NCBI GenBank assembly: GCA_977862235.1
Contig: OZ374557.1
Coordinates: 3,534,001 to 3,598,000 of the forward strand
DNA: 64,000 nt
DNA from: Dudresnaya verticillata
Taxonomy: Eukaryota
Direction of reading: 5' to 3'
A program made the translations under genes and the position numbers. The notes beneath the pieces were generated by a model. That model was not told where the DNA came from. It made no database searches and saw only the letters and a program-made list of their open reading frames with translations. Below are positions 22,460-35,135 of this stretch, in pieces; position 1 is the stretch's first letter, and every line of letters begins with the position of its first letter.

Positions 22460-25170
22460 ATGCCAACCTCTAATGGCGAGACTACCCGGCCCGGATTATC
22501 AAGCCGGGGAGCAAGCCGAACAGGCAGTCTTGCCTCCGTGAGAACGACTGGGCCCCGCACCCGCGCAGCCTCAACCGCTCTCGCAGTAAACCCCGTAGCG
22601 GATAAGCCGGGCCACCCTCCTCGATTAACGGGCGCCCCGGCTGGAGAAGAAACACCTGGACCAGGTAGGGACCAGGTCCCGGAAGGAGAATATACGGTTC
22701 GAACCGTGCAAGAAGTCCCCGCCAACATCGGGGAGAATGAGGATTCGAACTCTGGAATGATGCCGCCGCCTCTGGCTTTAGCCAGCCAGCAAGTCATAGG
22801 CGGACGAGCCCAATATGACGATAACACGGCCGCCCCGGACGTAGGGCTGCCGTCAAGAACGAAGTACCATTCGTCGGACGTCCGCTGCTTTACAGAGCGC
22901 GAAATAGACGGATGGTTGGATTGGGAATCGAGAGATCATTGACGACGAGTGTCGTGGCGCTCCTGGAGAGTCAAGCCGATGACACCTTTCTAATGGTCAA
23001 GAGATATATCGACGAGGCGTCGGCGCGCCGTGACGACCGCCTTTTGGCTAAGTGCCAACAGGAGATGGAATCTCGATTCCGGAAAGGTCCTCTTAGAGCA
23101 TTAGAAGAAGAGAGGGTCGAAACCCTGCAAGCGCAAATGGACTCACTAGGTGACCAATTGGACGCCGTCCATGGAAACCTCCATACGCTTACAAAGGTCA
23201 CCGACCTAACTCGAGAAGAAGCCGTAATGGCTATAGAAGACGTTCGTAGAAACGTAGACGACACAAGGTGTGTCGAACAAGACAGAGCGATCGCGCTCTT
23301 AAGACAAGAGCTTGATGCAGAAAAGCGGAAGGTTTCATTGCTGGAAGCAAGGATGCGATGACTCAGTCGCGAGAGGGATTTAATCCCTGAGGTCTAGCGG
23401 CGACGCTCCCCCGTGCCCCGCGGCACGAGAGACCGTCGCAGGACGTCTCCAAGACGTGACTCGGAGGGGGAGTCTGGACAGGACGACCTTAGTCGTAGGA
23501 AGTCCACACACCCCCGGTGTGATTGCCGATCATCGCACGGTCCCACTGTATGTCGAAATACACGGGACGCCCGTCAGGACCGGCTTTCAAGCCGTAATGA
23601 TGAGGGGCAGCGACGAAACGCCTCATACCCAGCGCCGATGCAATCGGACAAGGACGAGTCAACGTCGCGAGGTCTTTCAAGACCCTCTTGGAGCTCCTGG
23701 CGAGGACCGCGTCGAGCGGGAATCAAGGAGTTAACTCCACGAAACCCGGCGTTCATACAGGTACTTTCGTATCGGAGATACCGATTACTGAATGTCGATT
23801 CATATCGTGGGCCCGAGGTAACGGAAGCCACCTCGAAAAAGATCAAGCGGATTAAATCCGTAATGAGGAGTCGGAGATTCGATGGGCGAGATCCAGTTTC
23901 CATCATAGGCTTTCTAGCCACCTTGAAGAGACAGTTGGACCAAGCCCAAGTGAGCGAAGGAGCGGCCATCCTGATCATACCTGAATTCCTTGAAAAGGAC
24001 GCGAAGGACATGTTCGAAGCAAATTTCGACGCGGCCGGAGACGACAATGGCAGATTCAATGAGTGGCCCGAGGCCATAAATTACCTCTTGCGGACTTACG
24101 CCAAAGACGTTTACATTGAACAGATTTCTTCTGAAATGGATACGATGACCCAAGGGTCAGAGGAAGACGAAGTCTCTTTTTCAAGACGTCTACAGAATAA
24201 GGCGCGAAAGGTCACGGGAGTCTACTCGGAACAAGACTTGATAACGCGTTTTATACGCGGGCTTCTACCAGCGGTGAAACCGCTTCTAAGTACGTCCTCT
24301 CTGGACCCGCGATCCGCGCGACTAGCCGACTACGTCGAGTTAGCGACAGCTCAGGGAGATTCGCACCGCGCCCTTGCGGGTGGTGCTCGTCTCAAGAAGG
24401 CGAGCTCCTCGTTACCTCGCAAAACCCTGGCACGGGTCAAGACACACAAGTCTGGAAGAGCGCTCCTCATTCGGCAAAACAGGACTCAACAGTCCTCAGA
24501 CACCGATTCCTCGAAGAACAGCAGCTCTGAGGCCGACAGTGAGGACGCAGTGGTTGCAGCCATTGATCGCGAAGCGCCTCCGTCCACCGTAACCCAATCA
24601 GACTCGTGGTCTGCGGCGTTGAGTGACCATCCATACCATGGCGATGTGGACGCAGTCCTTCAGAACTACAACCACAGGATGCCTGCGTGGGCTCAGCCCA
24701 CAATGACACAACGTCCCGGTTGGGTGGCTGTCGAAGACAGGCCAAATGACATATGCTTCGAGTGTCTGGGTATGGGCCATAAAATGCCGAATTGCCCATA
24801 TCTGGCTCGTACGGATGAACCGTCATTTGAGGTACTAAAACGCCAGCAGTTTTATCAACTGTCTCGCGAACAGAAGGCATGGTTAGCCACCATAGGGCGA
24901 CTGCCTGATTTCGCCCCGGGGAATACCCGTAGGGAACAACCCGAGTATGCATCGCCAGGACGTGGAGCAGGGCCATCGAGGGGGCCTCCTCAAAATGTGG
25001 GGTCTGCCCCAAGCCGGAATGGCCATGTCCAATTTCAAGGGGGATTGAATCATCCAGTGGACACTCCGAAACATACGCCAACGGCGCCACGGTCGCCCAG
25101 ACCTGGCTCCCGAAACCTTCCGCCGCCTCCACCACTCCCGCAGTCGCCTGCTAGTAGGCCGAAAAAATAG
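22460..25170 (+). pseudogene. gag: gag of B1 (one frameshift, internal stops)
   Basis: Core homologous to A1 gag (FDGRDPVSIIGFLA, YLLRTYA); canonical zinc knuckle CFECLGMGHKMPNC; coiled-coil-like N-terminal part. Confidence 0.9.
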
Positions 25171-28100
25171 CAAGGGGGGAACCGGTTTCGGTCCACTGGG
25201 CGACTCCAGTCGTATCGGAACCCCCCGATCGCTCCGAGGAATGTCATTTCCTATGTCCTCCCTCACCCGAACGATCGGCCTCGCGGGAACTCCCGCTTCC
25301 TCTTCCAAAGAAGGTTTTAGCACACCCCGTGGGCTTACCCCCCGGGTGCAAGTATGATGAGTACATTAAGGACCCAGTGTGCGCGCTATCGAGATACAAC
25401 TATAAAGTTGTCGCGTCCGTTGGGACCTCTGTTGAAAACATGACTCAAGTACTTTCCGTTCTGGACACGGGCGCAGGCCCCAATCTCATCAGAGCTGACG
25501 TGCTCTCTTTGGACGACCGGAAGAAGGTTTCCTCGACCCAGTCGATCGTCAACCTTACCTCGGCATCAAGCCACCGCTTACCAACATTAGGAATGATCTC
25601 CCTCGTCGTCAAGATTGGAATCTACAAGGTCCGTCAACCCTTCGTCGTGGTTTCGGCGCTAGCCGTCGATATGATACTAGGATGCACCTATATCGATAGC
25701 CACGTCGAACAACTTCGAGTGCGTAAGCAACACGTAGTCTTACGTGACGGTTCGGTACATCCCATTCTACGAAGAAGATGCGGAATCCCGAGAGCCACAA
25801 GCTCTGGTGAGCCCATGGAGGTTCCTCCACTAACTAAGTCGCGCCTCGTGCGCGTCACTCACAAAACTAACTTACAGCCCGGTTCTGAAACCTGGGTCGC
25901 GGTTTCCTGCCCCGCCACAGGAACCCACTTTTTGGATTCCTTCCAACGCCTCTACGACCGGCAGCACGTGGTCGTCGCGAATGGAATCGTCAAGATACAA
26001 GAGAACGTTCTCTTCCGTGTTAAGATCGCTAACTTCTCTCCCCGAGTGCAACGGTTAACCAAGAACCAAGTTATTGGTCGCGCCGTTCCCGCTCCGACGG
26101 CCACGCCGGTCTATACTCTTTCCATCGACGATGTCCCCGACAATACGGACCCGAAGCCAAAGGACTCGAGTCCTCCTGCCGATACATCGTTCGATGTAGG
26201 GGGCAGGGCTAGCTGCTGCTCTTGGCGCGGCCAACTCCAAATTAGGCGTCCAAACCGCCACTGAGAAGCTCACAGTCGAAGACTTGGAATTAGAACACCT
26301 ATCCCCGTCTGACAGACGCCGCGTTCGCAAAATGTTGCGTCCGTTCGCCGACATGTGGAACGGGAAATTAGGAACCATCGACGTCACGGAGCATCGTATT
26401 GAGCTCACAGAAGGTTCCAAACCTGTATTCGCACAACCCTATCGTTCAGGGCCGAAAGCGCGACAAGCGGAGCAGGACGAGGTCGATAAGATGCTCAAGG
26501 AAGGAGTCATAGAGCCAGCACGCTCTGAATTCGCAAGTCCAGTGGTACTGGTTAAGAAGCCTGACGGATCCCTCCGGTTCTGTGTCGATTACAGGAAACT
26601 GAACGCGATTACCATCAAGGATTCGTATCCTCTACCGCGCATGGATGAGTGCTTGGACTCGTTGGGCGACGCCCAGTATTTCACCACCCTCGATTGCAAT
26701 TCGGGCTACTGGCAAATACCGGTTGCGGCTGAAGATAGGCCCAAGACAGCGTTCACCTGTCATGCTGGTTGCTTTCAGTTCTGCCGAATGCCATTCGGAC
26801 TGTGCAACGCACCTGCGACGTTTCAACGAACGGTCGATATCCTATTATCGGGATACAGATGGAGATCCTGCCTCGTCTATTTGGATGACATCATAGTCTT
26901 TTCCAAGAGTGTCGACGAACACATAGGCCACGTTCAAGAGATACTCTCCGTATTGAACCAAGCAGGCGTATCGCTCAAGCTCAAGAAATGTAATTTCTTC
27001 ACAAAGAGTGTGGACTACCTCGGACATGTGATCCGACCAGGGCTGCTGGAGTTGGCTACCAAAAACACCCAAGCTATCGAAGGTTTCAAGGAGCCTACGA
27101 CTCAGACACAACTAAGGTCGTTTATTGGATTGTGTAACGTCTATAGACGCTTCGTACCGAATTTCGCTAGGGTCCCGTCTCCGCTTAATAGGCTTCTACA
27201 GAAGGATGTTGGGTTCAACTTACCCCCGTTTGATGAACGGCAACGCGAAGCCTTCGCCCTGTTGAAGAAGGCACTCATAGCGCCACCGATCCTCCGGCTT
27301 CCTAAGGAAGATAGACCTCTCTCGGTAGATACCGACGCGTGTGATTATCAGATAGGGTGTGCCCTTATGCAGATGGAGCCAGATGGCACCCGCCACCCGA
27401 TCGGTTTCTGGAGCCGCGGTCTTACCCAGGCTGAGCGGAATTATTCCGTTGGAGAAAAGGAGTGTCTCGCTGTCGTCTGGGCCACACAAATGCTCAGACC
27501 GTATTTGGAAAGGTCGCATTTTGACCTCTATACCGACCACCAAGCGCTCAAGTGGATGATGAGTATGACCGACGCATCAGGTCGTCTAGCGCGCTGGCGC
27601 TTGCGACTCTTGGAGTACGACTTCACGGTTCAACACCGTAAGGGAAATAAGAACCAGATAACAGACGCCGTCTCGCGACTACCCACTTATGGATTCACCA
27701 GTTGGGAACCGGACCTAGAGGTCCCTTGCTTCATTATCGCCGACAGCGAGCGCGAGGGATTTCCCGATCGTCCTTCCGAAGGAAATGCTAGAGCCGACAC
27801 CGAGCCGCGACCTTTGGAGGTTTGGGAAGTCGAACCCGAGGACCACTTAGCCGAGTTTGAATTCGAGGATGAGCAGTTGATAGCCACAGTGGCTGAAAAG
27901 GAAGTGGACGAGAAGAGTCTATCTCTGATTACGGTGGAAGAACTACTTCGCACGCAATTGACAGATCCCTTCTGCAAGGGTATTAAGCTGGCCATCGAGA
28001 CTGGAAAGCCAGGCTGTTACCTCGAAGACGAAAGGGGACTTTTAGTCCGACGGTCTTATATCGACAAAACTTTGCAGGTAGTGATACCTCTGGTCCTTCA

Positions 28101-29741
28101 AGAACGGGTTCTACATCTGGGGCACTATCCAGAGATGGCAGGTCATCCCGGTGGCACCAGAATGTATCATAACTTGCGCCGACAGGTCTATTGGCCTGGA
28201 ATGGCTCTCGCAGTATACTCGACCGTTCGAAATTGTGTCAAATGCGCTCGGGAACGAGTCCAATTACGGCAACATGCTTCGCAGATGAAGCTGTTCCCGG
28301 CTACGATGCCGTTAGAATTCGTGGGGATTGACATGCTAGGGCCGCTACCCCGATCGAGCAAGGGTAACGAGTACGTTCTCGTAATACCGATCGCTTCTCA
28401 AAGCTCACCAGGGCTGTCCCATTGAAAACGGTAACGGCGTACACCGTGGCAAAAGCGTTCTGCGAACATCGGGTATACACTTACGGGCCTCCCCGCTATG
28501 TTTTGTCGGACAACGGTCCGCAGTTCGCATCAAAGCTTTTCATAGCCGTCTGTGGCATACTTCGGATCAGGAATCTGTTCACGTCCACTTACCATCCACA
28601 GACGAATGGACAAACCGAGAGGTTTAATAGAACCTTGTTGGCTGGACTGAGACACTTCATCTCCGATGACCAGAAGGACTGGGATGAATTCACGTCGGCT
28701 TTGACGTACGCGTATAATACGACCGTTCACCGCGGGACCGGTCTCGCGCCCGTCGATTTGGTTTTATCTAACCCTCTCATGACCATTCTAATGGAAAGAG
28801 CCGAGACAGTAGACGTTGAAAACGTTCCAGCAACTAACGTGAAGAAACGGCTGACTACCCGGCTCGAGAAGCTGATGGATACAGCGTTACCACGCCTGCG
28901 GATGGCCCAGCGACGATATGAAGTTAACTTCAACAATCGTATGCGGTTGACTAACCAAAACGTACGCCCAGGCCAATGGGTATTCCTCGAAAGGGAAAGG
29001 AAGATGAAAGACGCCAAAGGCGTGGCTCGAGAAGGGAAACTATTTCCAAAAGCGCTAGGCCACTTTAAGGTACTCGAACGAGGAACACACACAGTCGTGT
29101 TGCAAAAAGCTGGCGAAAAAGAGTTAGTCTCTCTGGATCGTGTAACATTGGCCCCATCGCCAAACGATGAGTTCAGCGCTATTGGGCAAGTGCCCCCTAT
29201 CGTAGAATCTGGGCCTGACGACGCGGAACCAGCAGACCCACCTTCGAGGGCAACGCCCCCGAATACCAGTGATATCGAAAGGGCACCAGCTCAAACCGGC
29301 CGTGAGCTATTGGAAACGGTCCTCGAGGCCGCAGATGCGCCGACTGTCTCGCCCCCACGGCGAGAAAACGATAATATCGATAACGGCGCTGGCCCGGTTT
29401 CCATAACCGCACCCGCTCATGAGGTTCTCATACTGCCTGAATTAGGCAATCGCGCGGCAATGGTATCCAGGGATAATAGTTCTCCTCGGCTTGTTGCCGG
29501 ACCAACTGCTACAGAAGCCGAAGAGACGGCTCCCCGCCGTAAGTTCTCACGCTTCAAGAAAGCTCCCCCTCGGGAGTATGTTTATGACAAGTTAGTCGGA
29601 TACGACGCAGAGTCGGAAATGTACAAGGTACGATGGTACCAGTGCCCTGCCTCTCAGGACACGTGGGAACCACGACGGCATCTCCCGGATAACTTAGTCA
29701 AGCGGTATCACCGTAAGAAGGGAATCCCTCTTCCCGCCTAA
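25161..29741 (+). pseudogene. pol: pol of B1 (PR, RT, RH, IN, chromodomain), two frameshifts
   Basis: LDTGA, YLDD, TDACD, HPG..C..C, SDNG, YKVRWY..DTWEP; frame breaks near 26200 and 28385. Confidence 0.95.
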
Positions 29742-29893
29742 CTACAGGGATACCAATCTGTATATCAGCCTGTGGCCAGAGGCAAACCCTGTTTCATGAT
29801 GCCAAGGGCGTACCTTCTCCCCCTCCCTCTGGATAAGAGAGGCGGGTGGTAGTGTAACACAAGACCGATGTCTTAGAGGAAGCGCCAATGCGA

Positions 29894-30008
29894 TGTATAA
29901 TATGGAAGGTTCAAGACCTTGGATAGATGAAATGGGTGTATAATATGGAAGGTTCAAGACCTTGGATAGATGAAATGGATGTATAATATGGAAGGTTCAA
30001 GACCTTGG
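29894..30008 (+). repeat. 43-bp tandem repeat, ~2.7 copies
   Basis: TGTATAATATGGAAGGTTCAAGACCTTGGATAGATGAAATGG(G/A) starting at 29894, 29937 and 29980. Confidence 0.9.
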
Positions 30009-30713
30009 CTAAAATGTAGGAAATGGTGGAAACCATAGGGCACGAGCTCTGGGACGTTGCAACGTGACCTGTCAACAGACGCGGAAGAAGCAAACCCAGG
30101 CATAAAGCCTCTCAGACAACCTCCTGGCTCATAATCCATGACTCCTTCTATCAAACGAGACGTCAACGTCTTTTTGGAGGTCCCATGACCTATGAGTCAC
30201 CCGGCGCCGCTCGCCCCCGCACTCAAAATGGAAGAAAGAAGGGAGCACGACTATCCCTCTCCCTGGAAAGAGGGGTCTCACCCCGAACAGGCTCCGACTG
30301 ACCAGCGTGGCAGGCGTTGGCGCCAAATAGAGTTCAACTCTACAATGTGAATAACCCCTACTGTAGAGTGGCTCCTTCTGAGATGGCAGCCCCTCATTGG
30401 CCATTCCCCAGGGAAGAGGCGGATTGCACGACGAATCAAAATTCGTGGAAGAAATATCCGCGGCACGGAGCCCCTACAGTGGCACCGGACTACAGTGGCT
30501 CCTCCAAGGAGTACGAACACGCACTTGCGTCATGGTGCCGAGCGTCCGGAACGCTCAGCGGGCTAGGCTAATAACAAGTCGGCTCCAAGCCGAAGGTGAT
30601 TCAACAAGCAGAATTACTTTACGTTAGCGGATAAGCCGCTCTTGCCCAAGTAAGGCGGATTACGGGACGGGCGCCTAAGGCACATAAGGGAGTAAGGTGA
30701 TTGAGCAAACCAC

Positions 30714-32969
30714 CTAATCGGACAATAGGTCGATGACCTGGTCCTCCTCAAGCGGAGGGTTAGGCTGAGGAGCCGAGTGGGATACCACTACTCGACGGAC
30801 CTCGCGCACTATGTGGCGCCCTCGACCAAGTCGACGACTACCACGTTCGCGACGCGATGACATGTTGTTGTCACCACGGATTCCAGCCGCCGGACGCTCG
30901 ATTTCCATCGCATCGACGCCATGCGTAGTGGCAGAGACGTCGGGCTCCACTTCGTCCTCCTCTTTGACGACTAGCTCGGTCTTCTTGACAAGGTCGTCCC
31001 GACCAACTGGAGGCTTCTCTGCCTGGGTCCCCTCTTGAGGATGAGCCATTTTGGGCTTTGAGCCTTCGTTGCCTGGGGCGACCGCGGTCGATCCCAAAGT
31101 CGGATCTGATGCGCTTTGCATCACCTTGGCTTGAGAGCCAATACGTGGGCAGTCTTCGCCCAGAAGCTCCCCCGAGGGGGCAAAGCCGGCTAGCGCCGTA
31201 GTAGGCCCTTGAGGCGTCACCAACGAGGCGACGGCCTCCTGCTGCAACTCTCTCCCGACCGGCTTTGCAGCCGAACCCCCGCCCTTCACCACCGTCGCCG
31301 ACGAATATTCTCGTGGCACAACTGCCATATCCTCGCTCGTTTGAGCACGAGGGTCGAGCCCTACGACGCTGGTCGACTCCATCTTGACTGAAGACGCCCC
31401 AAGATGGCCTATGCCACGACGCGGGGTGATCTCCGCTTTAGCGGCACGTCGGCCCAGGGGAGGAAGAAACGCGAAATGAGCGCGAAGGCGCTCCATCTGG
31501 TCGACAGGACTAGGCGTCCTTATCCACTCACTTTCATAGTCTATCATGACTTCTTCAACCCAGTCTGCAAGACTGTGAATGTTCAAGTGACGAAAGTCCC
31601 AGTGGGCAAAGAGGCGAATGGCCAGACCACGTCTGTTGAACACATCTCGGATGACTTGATCCGCCTTCGCATATGCGGACGCAGTTGGTGCATGGGGCCC
31701 CTGAGCCTGGCCATCGACGGTATTGTCAAATAGCGGGACATCGTCCGGAGTCTGTGGCCCTGGCTCACGCCATTTCGCACTAACCCAACCAGTGGTGACG
31801 CCGGTCATACGAATACCTTCGTCGAGAATTAGAGGGCTCTCCTCAGACGGCTCCGGCTGTATCATATAGTCGGGCAAAACCGGACGCCACTTGAGCGGGT
31901 CAAAGTCGACCCAATCTCCGCGATCGAAGACTGGCGTCAAATGCCCCGTGTTTTCAGGGAGGTGACGATTACGCTTGGAGATCCGAATCCACTTGATCCG
32001 CTCCACAAAGCACAGCAGGGCTTCCAAGTCCTCAGCGTCAGAGTCGTTAGCGGTCAACCCCGCTGGGCCCAGGGCCCTAATCGCCACCCGAAGCGGCTGC
32101 CCTATGAAAAATAATACGCCACGCCGGGCCTCGTAGTCCAGGGTCTGGGCTACCGAGACGACCCACTCATGTCTGAAGATGCTCCATAGCACACTATCAT
32201 CCATGGCCTTCGCCATCATTTCTAGACCCAGATAGGCGATAATGGTGGGAACACCAACGGGCATGGAATAGGACACTTCATAGTTCTTGTGGTCGTCCGG
32301 CACCTGGGGATACTTCCCATTGTAGAATTCCGGCTTGATAGCCGATACCTCTTGGCAATGGCAGGGCACCAAGCAACCCGTCTTATGACGTTCACGACGC
32401 TTGAAGCGAGTATATTCCAACGGCTTCGCCGTCTGCGGGTTGTCGAGGGCATACTTCAAGTTGGATGACTCATCCCATCTCACGATGCGAGCCAAAGTAT
32501 ATGGGAAATTATCCCTGCCCGCACGAATAAGCGGCCGCTCGTGCATGACCATGCTTAGATCCCACTCGCCATTCTGGTGGATCTCTTCCAATGTGTCGGC
32601 GGTCGAAGCTAGCTTCTGAGCTAAGGTGTTGCTCCACGGCACTTCATGCCGGAATCGCACATACGCGAGCTCCCATTGAAGGGTATTGGCATCGCCATAG
32701 AGACGGGGTAAGAAGCGGTTCGTACCGGTTAGGATACTCAAACGCGCTCGCATAAGGGTGTTCCAAACGCGGCTTTGAGCCGTACGACTTCCGCGACGTC
32801 GAATCTCCTCGCGACTGGCACCTGCCCGCACCTTAAGGTGTGCAAGGTCGGTACGCAGGAGCCAGTCGCGGCTATGCGAAACAGCAAACGGCACACCTGC
32901 CGCATCCACCTCGTGCCCGAGCACGTTTGCACTCGAGCCGGCAGCTCCATACGCTAGCGGGGGCGCCAT
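30714..32969 (-). CDS. Intact antisense accessory ORF of B1 (751 aa); function unknown
   Basis: Long uninterrupted ORF; shares YEV...P...AY and VLW.IFR.EW blocks with the A-family antisense ORF; close homologue at 53266. Confidence 0.85.
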   Translation of the reverse strand: MAPPLAYGAAGSSANVLGHEVDAAGVPFAVSHSRDWLLRTDLAHLKVRAGASREEIRRRGSRTAQSRVWNTLMRARLSILTGTNRFLPRLYGDANTLQWELAYVRFRHEVPWSNTLAQKLASTADTLEEIHQNGEWDLSMVMHERPLIRAGRDNFPYTLARIVRWDESSNLKYALDNPQTAKPLEYTRFKRRERHKTGCLVPCHCQEVSAIKPEFYNGKYPQVPDDHKNYEVSYSMPVGVPTIIAYLGLEMMAKAMDDSVLWSIFRHEWVVSVAQTLDYEARRGVLFFIGQPLRVAIRALGPAGLTANDSDAEDLEALLCFVERIKWIRISKRNRHLPENTGHLTPVFDRGDWVDFDPLKWRPVLPDYMIQPEPSEESPLILDEGIRMTGVTTGWVSAKWREPGPQTPDDVPLFDNTVDGQAQGPHAPTASAYAKADQVIRDVFNRRGLAIRLFAHWDFRHLNIHSLADWVEEVMIDYESEWIRTPSPVDQMERLRAHFAFLPPLGRRAAKAEITPRRGIGHLGASSVKMESTSVVGLDPRAQTSEDMAVVPREYSSATVVKGGGSAAKPVGRELQQEAVASLVTPQGPTTALAGFAPSGELLGEDCPRIGSQAKVMQSASDPTLGSTAVAPGNEGSKPKMAHPQEGTQAEKPPVGRDDLVKKTELVVKEEDEVEPDVSATTHGVDAMEIERPAAGIRGDNNMSSRRERGSRRLGRGRHIVREVRRVVVSHSAPQPNPPLEEDQVIDLLSD

Positions 32970-34488
32970 AGCCCCGATGTGACTTCAACTGCGACGTCGG
33001 CTCCAGAGCCGATCCGAAGACTCGACGAGCACGACCTGAGTAATTCTTCTAAGGCACGGAGGCCTTCTGAATGTCGGCTCCAAAGCCCCCTTTGGGTGAC
33101 GAGCGCGACCTGAGTCTTCTATGGCTTTCAAGCCGTCCCAAATTCTGACCGTCGGCTCCAAAGCCGCTCCTCAGAGACAGCGAGCGCGACCTGAAAAGTC
33201 TCCGGCGACTTAGCAAATTCTTCGCGCAAGAACCCCGGCGCACGTGGCACACGCCCACCACGGCACCGGAGCCGACAGGGAAGTCTGTAGTCGCTATCGC
33301 CGGCGTAAGCCGGTATGTTGCACAAAAGCGACGTCGGTCGCAAGAATGCGTCACCGCGACGAAGCGGCGTCCACCGGCGCGATTGGAAGGTCGAAGGGCA
33401 CTGAAAGCCCACGCGCACGACAAGGGAGGTTGGTCGCGTCCGTTCTTGACCGCGGAAGACTGGGTGGGGGACGAGAGTCCTAGTCGGTGTAATAGGCGCT
33501 CGCCAGAAGGGCACCCCGCGAAATCGATACCAGTCGTGCCTTGCACGGTCGCCGTCGACGGCCCTGGCCGTCCTGATTTGGCCTTCGACGCTTGTCGAGA
33601 CGGGTAGGGAACCCCGAGAAAATTGGGAGGCGGTTGCCAACCGTGTTCGCCGGGCCAATGAACGGACTAAGATTGAAATCTCAACGGCCATCTAATTGGA
33701 AACAGCGTTGCTGTCCCACTGTACTGAGCGCGGTCGCTCAGTTTTAAGAAGGGGGCCGTGTGGTATAACGGGCGTTGACGCCCTGTAAGGAGCCACGTGG
33801 CCACGAGTCCTCTGTAAGGAATGACAGGCGCACAACTACCCGGGTGATATGGCTGGTGCTCCGATTGATTTCATTGCTGGAACGCTCCTGCGCTGTAAGG
33901 CAACACGTGTACAGAGTTGATCTGTAAGGCACACTGCTCCAGATGATATGGCACTGTGCCATTTGGGGATTAACTATGGCCGCACCATCGCGCCATGCAT
34001 TGCTGGCGGATGTTTGCCTCGCGGCGCCTGACAGTGGCGCCGCGCTCGCCTTGTGGCCTGACCACTCATCCCTATCTAAGGACATATCCCACCTGTATTG
34101 TACAGTATTAGCTAAGTATTAGCCATAGAGCTCTAACTGAGCGAGGAGCACCTTTTCGGCTCTCGCCGTATTTATGGGGCCCCTGGGTAGCAAGGGCCCG
34201 GCACTAAACCGGCAGCGGTCTGTGCCTTGGGTTTTCCCCTTTTTGGACGCTTACGGTGCTACCGCTACAACTTCCCTTTGGGCGTCTACAAGCCCTGTCG
34301 TCTACGACGAATTGCTCTATTCAGCAGGGTTCGCCTTTCCCTTTTTCCTTTGTTAGGGCTTTAAGCCCTTTCAAGTCTCTACCACCCCTTTACCGAGCTA
34401 CCAACCACGCGAGTGGGATCGCTCTTTGAGGACAGCTGTCGTGCCGTGTCGCCGTCTCTGTTGGCTTCAAAGCCATTCTACTACAACT

Positions 34489-35007
34489 TGTAAGGAAGTA
34501 CCTTTTAGGTCTCTTGTGAACTCAAAGAGAGCACTCAGTGAGAAAGACACAGAGCGGGTGCCTGGTAGCGGTGGTAGAGCGGGAGGAATCCAGAGGGTAG
34601 ACGAGGACACGTAACTTGATTGGAAGCACGATACTGAAGGTAGTTCACTGGGCGGGCGGTTAGCCGGGCACGGGTGACAAGTGTGCTGCGGTGTCGATAG
34701 CTTGGAGACCGAGTTGGGGCCGGAAGGTGCTTACCTTTACTGCACAATGACCGCTACGGGAGATACCCTTATATGGTACTCGGACTGTCAGGCAACACCC
34801 CTCATACTTGGATATATACACGCCCCGTATCCTAAGCTATAATTTCTAAAATAAATAGACAGATACTAAGCTACTGACCTGCAGGGTGACACTTGCACCA
34901 ATCATAGGCTACCCATCTTGTCCCTGCTGGCGCCCTATAGGTAACGCTATTTCCGCGCATACACGCGGGCAGAGGGCCCACTTCTGTAAGCCCTTCACTA
35001 TATTACA
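34489..35007 (-). mobile_element. Solo LTR, family C (519 bp), inside the inverted segment
   Basis: TGTAA...TTACA termini; minus-strand CATATAAGGG...GTAAAGGTAAGCA resembles the A-LTR promoter; TSD CGTAG is recovered after undoing the inversion and the B solo LTR. Confidence 0.8.
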
Positions 35008-35135
35008 CTACGCTTCGTTTTGCCTCCGTGCTAGCTCATCAATATTGCTATTCGCAGGATCTCACTGACCTTGGTACAAAACGGAAATGGGACAGGGCAT
35101 CCAGTTCGCTGTACACGTTCAAATTGAACCGTGTG
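35008..35135 (-). pseudogene. Harbinger-like gene, piece 3 (inverted)
   Basis: Minus strand reads RFNLNVYSELDALSHFRF and, after a frameshift and a stop, GKTKRS. Confidence 0.7.

Larger units (their letters stand above)
21327..34485 (+). mobile_element. Chromodomain Ty3/Gypsy LTR retrotransposon, family B copy B1
   Basis: 727-bp LTRs at 21327-22053 and 33759-34485 (about 6 differences), PBS 22055-22073, PPT AAGAAGGGGG 33746-33755. Left TSD is CACAC; its partner is displaced to 35131-35135 by inversion. Confidence 0.97.

Noticed and set aside
29894..30008. CRISPR-like repeat
   Set aside because: The intervening sequences are identical rather than unique spacers; no cas genes; eukaryotic context.
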